From: an uncultured virus (IMG/VR IMGVR_UViG_3300022924_000206)
Lineage: Duplodnaviria; Heunggongvirae; Uroviricota; Caudoviricetes
Length of the DNA: 20,000 bases
Virus record (IMG/VR): IMGVR_UViG_3300022924_000206
Direction: 5' to 3' (one strand)
Part shown: positions 1-6,903 of the stretch, in pieces
Layout: each line of letters opens with the position of its first letter
How positions within the stretch are numbered: the stretch's first letter is position 1
Notes under the pieces: model-generated
The model's input: the letters and a program-made list of their open reading frames with translations, nothing else
Databases searched by the model: none
Told to the model about the DNA's origin: nothing
Made by a program: the position numbers and the translations under genes

Positions 1-648
1 ATTTCTGGTAAACCCGGTAGTAATAAGCTTCCCTACGCTTTTAGAATCATTCGTGAACTTCGGGTTAGAGGTCAAAGAACTAATCAAGTTTTTCTTGCTC
101 AGCCACTTTACGATGAGCTCAACGGCATAGCAAAAGCTTTAGTCACCGGTGAGCCTGCTGCAAAACTCATAGAGGATTTCAATCTCGGAGAAAAAGGGAA
201 AGAGCTTCTTACCCTCCTCGGTGGTGACATCGGAGAATTCCATCCGGACTACGGGCTCTCTAGACGCAATGAGAACGTGCGTAAATCGCTCAGCCTTCTT
301 GGTTTAGGTATCCGTAGAGAGCAGGAACCGGACTACTTCGTGAATCGTTTAGGCCCTCAATTAGAGGGCTTGGACTTCGGGGTTATCGCTGATCTAAGAT
401 TCCCAAACGAGGCGGATCATATTCGCTGGGGTGGCGGGAAAACTCTTCGTGTGGAGATCAATAACCCGGAGGATAACTCCGGTGGCTACAAGTATGAAAA
501 AGGCCTCGAAGACCCCACTGAAACGGCTTTAGATGATTATCCGTTTTTCAACTGGCTCTTTTATAGAAACAACTTCGACGGTATCGCTTTCGGAAGAGAG
601 CTTGAGCAGGCTTTTGAGCTTCCAGCTCTCAAAGAAATTGTGAGGTAA
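1..648 (+). CDS. Deoxynucleoside monophosphate (dNMP) kinase-like P-loop protein, 5'-truncated by window edge
   Basis: Frame 1 is open from base 1 (ISGKPGSNKLPYAF...), so it extends beyond the ORF-track start at 277. It has a P-loop-like ISGKPGSNK and the motifs R..L..LG...R...PDYFV, VIADLRFPNEA and PTETALDD, typical of T4 gp1-like phage dNMP kinases. Confidence 0.7.
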   Translation: MSGKPGSNKLPYAFRIIRELRVRGQRTNQVFLAQPLYDELNGIAKALVTGEPAAKLIEDFNLGEKGKELLTLLGGDIGEFHPDYGLSRRNENVRKSLSLLGLGIRREQEPDYFVNRLGPQLEGLDFGVIADLRFPNEADHIRWGGGKTLRVEINNPEDNSGGYKYEKGLEDPTETALDDYPFFNWLFYRNNFDGIAFGRELEQAFELPALKEIVR

Positions 649-654
649 ACACTA

Positions 655-1188
655 ATGGCTAAATTCCACATCTCAAATGATGGCAATGTGCGAGCATGTA
701 GAGCGGCGAGCGAAGCATCCTGCACCGCTAAAGGTCTCGGTGGGCGTCACTTCGATTCCGCTGAAGAGGGCCGCGAAGCCGTGGAGAAAATCCTCGGCGG
801 GGCAGCCCCTAAAACTGTCAAAAAAGAGACTAAGCTCGACAAGCTCAAGAAGGCTAAAACCGCCGCGAACACAGCCCTAAAAGAGGTTGACAAGATCCAC
901 AAGCAAAAGCTTAAGGAATTTGAAACAGTTGAGACCGCTATCCGTGATAATGCCCTCGGTGGAAAAGTGAATCCCAACGCACTCATCGCCGATCATACTC
1001 GTCTCCAGACTGAAATCGGTATTCTCGCTAAAGAGCGAAAAACTCGTACCGAAGCTCTTCGTACCGCCGAGAGAGCCGAAGTGGCTGAAGATCGTCGAGT
1101 AAACCCCCCGGCTAAAGTTGCTCCGGTCCACTACGCGCCCGCTTACGAATCATACGGAGGCTGTGGAGGAAGAAGCGGAGGCTGCTGA
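655..1188 (+). CDS. Hypothetical protein: N-terminal H-C-C-H module, Lys/Ala-rich helical body, C-terminal GGCGGRSGGC tail
   Basis: 177-aa ORF with GTGAGG SD-like upstream. The N-terminus FHISNDGNVRACRAASEASC...HFDSAEEGR matches the proteins at 12380 and 13864. The stop overlaps the next start (TGATG). Confidence 0.8.
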   Translation: MAKFHISNDGNVRACRAASEASCTAKGLGGRHFDSAEEGREAVEKILGGAAPKTVKKETKLDKLKKAKTAANTALKEVDKIHKQKLKEFETVETAIRDNALGGKVNPNALIADHTRLQTEIGILAKERKTRTEALRTAERAEVAEDRRVNPPAKVAPVHYAPAYESYGGCGGRSGGC

Positions 1189-2009
1189 TGCGTAACGATG
1201 ATAAAGCCATTGTTCAAACTTATGCCGCCGACACTTTTATCCCACTAACGCTTCCTTCGGCAGGATTCAAAAGTCCTCGTCTCAATGAGGATCAGAGAGT
1301 TTTCGCTTACGAGCGCTATGCGGAAGAGATTCATCCACCCATCGCCATTGAACTTCCCATCCCGCTTGGGCTGCAGGAGCTTCCACGCTGTCTCGACATG
1401 CCTATACGCCTCAAGGATGAAGAGGAATACAGACTTCCCGAAGATTGGGCTCCACTAAAAGAAACTCTTGAGCACATCATAGCGGTTGAGCATGAGCATA
1501 ACCCCTCTTGGCGTGATTACTTCTGTTACATCACGGTGGACTCAAAGCCGGTGAAAGTCGGTGAACAGCAACGCCATGGTGGGCTCCACGTGGATGGTTT
1601 CCAAGGTGAACGTATCGCTTACAAAACTAAAGTAACTCGTAACTACGTGGCAACCACCAACGGAGGAACACAGTTCTGGGAGCAGCGTTTCGTGGTGGCT
1701 GACCCCAAGCGGTTCAACGCTTTCCTTGGATTTGATCTACAGATTGACGGGGAACCACTCGTGGCTGAACCAAATAAGTTCTATTTCATGGATGCTTATA
1801 CTGTTCACGAATCCGGTTTCGCGGCCTTCGATGGGTTGAGAAGTTTCCTACGAGTTACTTTCGATCTAAAACGTTTTGATCGCCTGGGAAACACTCATAA
1901 TCCTAATCTCGATTACGATTGGGAGATGGTGCACCGTACGGCTCAGGATGAAGTGGCTGCTCCTCGTCTTTCTGATGTCATGGCCTCACCGTATTTTCCA
2001 ACGGCCTAA
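1188..2009 (+). CDS. Putative 2OG-Fe(II)-dependent oxygenase (double-stranded beta-helix fold)
   Basis: 273 aa. HxD motif (QRHGGLHVDGF), distal His (TVHES) and RxF(L)R motif (RSFLRVTF) lie in the order expected for the facial triad and 2OG-binding Arg. Confidence 0.65.
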   Translation: MRNDDKAIVQTYAADTFIPLTLPSAGFKSPRLNEDQRVFAYERYAEEIHPPIAIELPIPLGLQELPRCLDMPIRLKDEEEYRLPEDWAPLKETLEHIIAVEHEHNPSWRDYFCYITVDSKPVKVGEQQRHGGLHVDGFQGERIAYKTKVTRNYVATTNGGTQFWEQRFVVADPKRFNAFLGFDLQIDGEPLVAEPNKFYFMDAYTVHESGFAAFDGLRSFLRVTFDLKRFDRLGNTHNPNLDYDWEMVHRTAQDEVAAPRLSDVMASPYFPTA

Positions 2010-2088
2010 TATTTCATAAACGTGCCTAAAGTTGAGGATATTGTTAGAATTCATGGAATCTAATAAACTCCCCTCCTAAAGGATACTC

Positions 2089-2808
2089 ATGACCGATCCC
2101 GCGCAAGCGAATAAAGGTAATAACCTTTTGTTGATCCCGATAATCGGTGCCCTGGTCACGGTCATCCTAATACTGATCGTTGTCCTATCCCTGGGTGGTA
2201 ATAGCAGTTTCGGGATAACCGAGAGCTCCTCCGCTAAGCAGGAGTTGGAGCAAAGGGTTGAGAGAAGCTTCACTCAAGGATTCTCAGTCCCCGAAAGTCA
2301 AGTAACCGTTTCACTCGGTGATGAAGAGCCGCTCGAGCAATATAAGAGTTTGAGAGCTAAGTCAGTTCTAGTGATTGTTCAACTCAACGGCGAGGAATCT
2401 AAGAGTCTCCTCTCGAGTCTAACCGGGCTTCAGAAGGAGTGGCTCTCAACTGGTGGAGATGTAGTGAAATTAGGAGCATCTTTCGATGTGCCTCTTCTCG
2501 GGAAAACCGGGGTCGGTGCCAATCAGGTGGTCTCTGCTCAAGAGGGTAAACTTGTGCTCACTCCTGACGCCTTTTATCTTAGCGGATTGAAAGCATCTCT
2601 CCAGGATATTCTAAAAATTCCGGTTCTCGGGGATTGGATCAAAGATTTCTCCACCGCCCAAACCTATTGTGTTGCTGATAGAGCCCCAGCTGGCTTTACT
2701 CTACAAAACGCGAAATTGTCCGGCGAAAAGATAACTTTTACTTTCCAGGCTAAAGAGCAGAGCCTCGCCGTAGAGGATTTGCAAAGCTTTGGTACCTGCG
2801 AGAGCTAA
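2089..2808 (+). CDS. Membrane-anchored LmeA/DUF2993-like protein
   Basis: N-terminal TM helix, then a beta-rich body ending in YCVADRAPAGFTLQNAKLSGEKITFTF, which resembles actinobacterial LmeA-family C-termini. AAGGA SD present. Family assignment is by recalled pattern. Confidence 0.5.
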   Translation: MTDPAQANKGNNLLLIPIIGALVTVILILIVVLSLGGNSSFGITESSSAKQELEQRVERSFTQGFSVPESQVTVSLGDEEPLEQYKSLRAKSVLVIVQLNGEESKSLLSSLTGLQKEWLSTGGDVVKLGASFDVPLLGKTGVGANQVVSAQEGKLVLTPDAFYLSGLKASLQDILKIPVLGDWIKDFSTAQTYCVADRAPAGFTLQNAKLSGEKITFTFQAKEQSLAVEDLQSFGTCES

Positions 2809-2822
2809 ACGATAGATAACAC

Positions 2823-3305
2823 ATGACAGCCGTGACTCCCGTAACTCCTCAAAAGAATCGCTTTTGGGTATGGTTCCTATGGGCTTTAGGTGTTCGCACA
2901 CCAAGCTCCGACTCCGAGTACGGTGAAAAACTGGCAGCGTACAGGCGCTGGTCCTCCATCCCAGTTATGGTCATGTCCTTGGCTGTTTTTGTTCTCATCG
3001 GTGTGAAGATTTTCATTGTGATGAGTGCTTTTATTGGAGCTTTCAACGCTTTAGATCCCGAAGTCGTAGTCACCCAGTATAATCTAAATACACCGGTAGA
3101 GCAAATAGTTCTTAATTCCATGGGCGGAATTATCCAGGAAGTGCTTCATGCGGTGCCGCTAGGACTTCATATTCCTCTGATTATCCTGTGGCTTTTAGCT
3201 TTCGTGATTGATTTTGTGATAGCTGCCACTTTAGCAGAAAATAAGAAGCTCTGGTGGAAACGCCACTGGGGTGGCATTGTGACCGCACTTGTAACTATTC
3301 CTTAA
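2823..3305 (+). CDS. Membrane protein, paralog of the C-terminal part of 16271..17014; resembles S1-S3 of K+ channel voltage-sensor domains
   Basis: Hydrophobic segments. Shares WALG(V/I)RTP..YGEKLA.YR.WSSIPV and WLLAFV.DF..AA.LAE.K.LWW.RHWGGI.TA.VT.P with the paralog. Confidence 0.75.
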   Translation: MTAVTPVTPQKNRFWVWFLWALGVRTPSSDSEYGEKLAAYRRWSSIPVMVMSLAVFVLIGVKIFIVMSAFIGAFNALDPEVVVTQYNLNTPVEQIVLNSMGGIIQEVLHAVPLGLHIPLIILWLLAFVIDFVIAATLAENKKLWWKRHWGGIVTALVTIP

Positions 3306-3317
3306 GAAAGGAAAACC

Positions 3318-3812
3318 TTGGAACTCGAAAAAGCCTATATTGAATTAGAGGCGGCGGAGGCCGGTGAAACCGGAGCGAAAGAGCAGTCGGAGACCTACGC
3401 AATTTTCGCAGGGATCTCTCTTCTACTCATCGTGGGAGTATATTTCGTTGCTAAGACACCGATCAGCTGGTTTGTTTTCGGAGTTTTGCTCTTTGCTCTA
3501 ATTATGATGGTGAGCCTCTTCTACGGGAAGCGCCATCGAAGTGAAAAGCTCCGCATTGCCAAAGCTTCACTAGCTAAGGAGCTCGCGATTGAGGAGTTCA
3601 TCGCTGAGAACAATGTGATCTTGACTCAGGCTGAAAAAGCTAACCTCATGTTTCCAAGAACTGGACTTCCGAAGACAGACGGGACCGTGGGTCAGGCTCT
3701 AGTCACGAGAGATAAAGAGATTTTCAACGCTACCCTAAGCTTCAAAGAGGGAAAGTTTTCACTTTCGCTACGGAAGCCTCGAGCAAAGTCTGCGGTTTCT
3801 CCCAAAAAGTAA
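3318..3812 (+). CDS. Hypothetical two-TM membrane protein
   Basis: TTG start after AAGGA SD. Two adjacent hydrophobic helices followed by a basic/soluble domain. Confidence 0.7.
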   Translation: MELEKAYIELEAAEAGETGAKEQSETYAIFAGISLLLIVGVYFVAKTPISWFVFGVLLFALIMMVSLFYGKRHRSEKLRIAKASLAKELAIEEFIAENNVILTQAEKANLMFPRTGLPKTDGTVGQALVTRDKEIFNATLSFKEGKFSLSLRKPRAKSAVSPKK

Positions 3813-3837
3813 CCGTTGAACAAAACTCGGGTGTATT

Positions 3838-4290
3838 TTATTCCGAGGGCTCTATGTTTTTTGCGTAGCCTATTTCGACTAGCGCCGCTAAATGGTCACC
3901 TTGGGATTCTTCGAGAAGTCGAGACCAGCCCTGACGGGCAGCACGCGGAGCTATCGCGGGTTCTGGTCCCGAGAGTAAATCCAATAGAGTTCTTACAGTT
4001 GGATACATAGGTTGTTCTTCTGAGCTTACGAGATAGTTCACTACTATTTTCGTCTCATCCAGAGTAAGCCAATAACGCTCAAACCATGAGACCGCATGGA
4101 AATCAGGTTCATTGAGATATGTTTGAAATTTCTCTAGAGATTTACGGACACCGTCATTGCTAGCTGTCCAACTGGAACGAACTTGAGAGAGCCGTTCACG
4201 GTAAGTTTCAAATCGTTGAAGCTCATTAGCTGGAATCTCTTTACGAGTGAGCAAAGCTATGGCTTCTTGTGGCACGAATACGTCGAGCAT
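3838..4290 (-). CDS. Hypothetical protein
   Basis: 150-aa ORF with natural helical composition that fills the gap between neighbours. Confidence 0.7.
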   Translation of the reverse strand: MLDVFVPQEAIALLTRKEIPANELQRFETYRERLSQVRSSWTASNDGVRKSLEKFQTYLNEPDFHAVSWFERYWLTLDETKIVVNYLVSSEEQPMYPTVRTLLDLLSGPEPAIAPRAARQGWSRLLEESQGDHLAALVEIGYAKNIEPSE

Positions 4291-4352
4291 GGGATAAATT
4301 ATCGGTACCGGCGATAGTAAATGTAATTCTTCCGTACAGTTAGGCTCTCACA

Positions 4353-4880
4353 ATGAATGATCTTGAAACCATAGCGGTCATAGTAGGTAAAGCTCTCTAT
4401 TCGACAAAGAAAACCTCTTTAGAGCTAGATGAGCTAATCATTTTTTCGTTGGAAACCGCTAAAGAGCTAATTGCGGCCGGCTACGGAGAATTCTATGGGA
4501 GTTCCTACGATTTCACTAAAAAAGAGAAGGATATTCTGGTAGAGAAACTGCGCCTAAAAATCCTTGAGCAGCCACAGCCGACTCTGCTCCCGGTGGATGA
4601 TTTCTTAGATTTTTATTCAGACGATGAGTACTACGTGCTAGAGGGACTAATCGAAGAGAACAATTCTTCTGAAGAGCCGGTTCCCGAAGAGCAGCCTCCC
4701 CTCTATTCCGATGCAGAATTGGAATTAGCTCTAGAGACCACTCGGCCACACCCTGATGTTGAGCTCAGTGATCCTGAAGAGCCGGTAATCAATATCCCGA
4801 CGGTCACGGTGAAGCCTTTAGTGAAAGATCGCGGACCAGCACCGTCTTGGGCTACGAGAACTGTAGAGAACAACGAATAA
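4353..4880 (+). CDS. Hypothetical acidic protein with low-complexity Glu/Pro C-terminal half
   Basis: 175-aa ORF, divergent from 3838..4290. Confidence 0.7.
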   Translation: MNDLETIAVIVGKALYSTKKTSLELDELIIFSLETAKELIAAGYGEFYGSSYDFTKKEKDILVEKLRLKILEQPQPTLLPVDDFLDFYSDDEYYVLEGLIEENNSSEEPVPEEQPPLYSDAELELALETTRPHPDVELSDPEEPVINIPTVTVKPLVKDRGPAPSWATRTVENNE

Positions 4881-4892
4881 AGTTGCTCTTGT

Positions 4893-4979
4893 GGCTTGAA
4901 TCCTAAGCCGAGGCGCTAGTTTCGTGAATCGTCGTGCGAAGCCATGAGTAAACTCGCTTAGGCTGCGAGCCAGCGCCTC
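4893..4979. other. Structured intergenic element between convergent genes (terminator region or small structured RNA)
   Basis: Inverted repeats: GGCTT/AAGCC (4893-4897/4905-4909), GAGGCGCT/AGCGCCTC (4910-4917/4972-4979), TTCG/CGAA (4921-4924/4937-4940), CTCGC/GCGAG (4953-4957/4965-4969). Confidence 0.35.
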
Positions 4980-5315
4980 TCACAGGCGTTCGAGTACGTA
5001 GTCGAAGACTCCGTTGGAGCTCCAAAAACCTTTGCATTTTTCACAAATGTAATGGGGCTTAGGCGGGACATAGCCTCCTTTGACTTCACCACGAAGTGAG
5101 ATAATCCACACGGCCGCTCTAGCGCAAGGTTTCTGAGGTCTATAGGAATCCAAGAAACCGTTATCTAGCTGTTCGGTAGTGGCTAAAGGAAGATGATGGC
5201 CTTTACACTGTCTAGAGCATTTCTCATGGTCGCAGTCGCAGGGGACAGAGATTTTCTCTTTAAAAAGAAGCTCGAGGTCCTGATCGAGCTCTACCTCTGG
5301 AGAAATCATAGTCAT
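4980..5315 (-). CDS. Small Cys/His-rich putative Zn-binding protein
   Basis: 111 aa with CDCDHEKCSRQCKGHH, C..AA.W and ICEKC motifs. Confidence 0.65.
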   Translation of the reverse strand: MTMISPEVELDQDLELLFKEKISVPCDCDHEKCSRQCKGHHLPLATTEQLDNGFLDSYRPQKPCARAAVWIISLRGEVKGGYVPPKPHYICEKCKGFWSSNGVFDYVLERL

Positions 5316-5338
5316 GGAACAACTATCGAAAGCTCCTT

Positions 5339-5773
5339 TTAGCTAATGATCGACTCGATGTAAGCTGTTCGAAGCTTAGCAATGGTTTCATCGTAAGCCA
5401 GTCCGGCGAGCTCACCGTAGCTCTGAAGAAACTGCTTAGTGACCCCGGTGATGATGAAGAGAGCCGGGTTAATCTGATCCTTATTGATGAGTGGGATCTG
5501 AGGTACCCCGGCTGTGGCCCGCTGAGCGACATCGGAGGCGAACTGGCCTCCCCAGTGGGGATCTACATCTCCGGGGATGTCGATTGAAAGGTTCAAGGTT
5601 TTGGAGCCGTTGAATTCCAACGTAGCTTTTGAAAACCATTCGGCGCTCACAAGAAGTGTGGTCCAGGCGGAGGCAAGAGCCTCGTTCACCGCGAAACCTT
5701 CGTAAAGCGTAAAGTCGCCGGAGGCAACCACCGCGATTGCCACTCCGCTAATGGGAGTTTGATTTTCTGCCAT
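5339..5773 (-). CDS. Hypothetical protein
   Basis: 144-aa ORF with AAGGGG SD. The 5' leader has a CCGCC-N4-GGCGG hairpin (5793-5806). Confidence 0.75.
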   Translation of the reverse strand: MAENQTPISGVAIAVVASGDFTLYEGFAVNEALASAWTTLLVSAEWFSKATLEFNGSKTLNLSIDIPGDVDPHWGGQFASDVAQRATAGVPQIPLINKDQINPALFIITGVTKQFLQSYGELAGLAYDETIAKLRTAYIESIIS

Positions 5774-5853
5774 GATATGTACCCCTTAGTCACCGCCCTT
5801 AGGCGGAAGCTTATAGAGGACTATCATACACCGGACTCACCGGAACCGCAATT

Positions 5854-6903
5854 TTACCAGTTGCGACTAGTTGAGTAACTCGCTAAGAACGGAATAGGGT
5901 CATCGGCTGTCACGAGGTAGATGTTATAGCTTCCCGGGATATAGATGTCATCGGTGGAATCGAGAGCAGAAATCCACATCTTCATTCGAAGATCTTTCGT
6001 CTCTTTCAAACTTTCGTCAACCTGTATGGTCAAGGTTGAGTCTTGTTCAGTTCTCTCCACACTGTAGTTGAGTTTCTGAACTTTCAAATAGGTCATACTA
6101 GTGGATTTGAACAGTGCGCTGAAAGTAGGCCACATGCGCGGAGGAATAGCTAGAGCAGCATCAATATCCGCGGCGTTAGCGATTGTGGTCGAAATGGTTA
6201 CTAATCCTCCAGCATCCGAAAGAGTGAGATTTACGACCTCACCGTTTAGATCACTGCTCTTAGAGACTCCGTCAACTAACTCATTCCAAATATTTTTAGC
6301 TACCTCATTATTGGTGTCTTGAAAACTCACCGCCGAGGTCACATGGATGTCAACAACACGGCCGCCACTCGGGGTGGGGGCGGAGGTGAAGTCAATATTG
6401 CGAACACTTGAACCATAGGCTTCGGTGAATTGTCTAGTAGCCTCAGCGTAGGCACCGGTTTCGGAGTAATCACTCAAGCTCGATGCGTAGAATTTCAAAG
6501 TGTACTCGGCGGGGCCGGTTGTAGCCGTAGAGTTTCCGTTGCTCGCAAAAACATTCACATTGACCAGTGAATCGAGTTGTCCATCTAGAGCAGCCAATGG
6601 GAACAGGATAGCGTTACCGGGGGTGCTCGAGGTCTCCGATTTTGAACTCACATCTCTGTAGGAAAGGGTGCTCGAAGGCAACCCATCCAATTGGTTCTCT
6701 TCATCAACTATGCCAACCTCGGCGATGGAGTAGTTTGGAGCAAGCTTTTTCGCGTTGGCTTCAGCTCCCGAGGAGGCTAACTGAGGTTCGAAAATCGTGT
6801 ACCAGAGTGTAGCTCCACAGATAGCAAAGCCGACAAGACAAAGAGCTATGAGCAAAAGCGCCGCACGACCGTTTGCTGAGTTGGTTACAGCTTTCATTCC
6901 CAT
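5854..6903 (-). CDS. Secreted or membrane-anchored Ser/Thr-rich protein
   Basis: 349 aa with an N-terminal hydrophobic helix and S/T-rich extracellular-type composition. The start overlaps the RCC1 gene stop (TAATG). Confidence 0.8.
   Translation of the reverse strand: MGMKAVTNSANGRAALLLIALCLVGFAICGATLWYTIFEPQLASSGAEANAKKLAPNYSIAEVGIVDEENQLDGLPSSTLSYRDVSSKSETSSTPGNAILFPLAALDGQLDSLVNVNVFASNGNSTATTGPAEYTLKFYASSLSDYSETGAYAEATRQFTEAYGSSVRNIDFTSAPTPSGGRVVDIHVTSAVSFQDTNNEVAKNIWNELVDGVSKSSDLNGEVVNLTLSDAGGLVTISTTIANAADIDAALAIPPRMWPTFSALFKSTSMTYLKVQKLNYSVERTEQDSTLTIQVDESLKETKDLRMKMWISALDSTDDIYIPGSYNIYLVTADDPIPFLASYSTSRNW

Noticed and set aside
4910..4979. Hammerhead ribozyme or tRNA (three-way junction with CGAAAC on the minus strand)
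   Set aside because: The CUGAUGA core is absent (CUCAUGG at best), there is no proper NUH site, and no cloverleaf or T-loop geometry.
6800..6903. Type IV/Tad prepilin cleavage site in NG-RAALLL
   Set aside because: It lacks the hydrophobic +1 and Glu+5, and no pilus machinery is present in the window.
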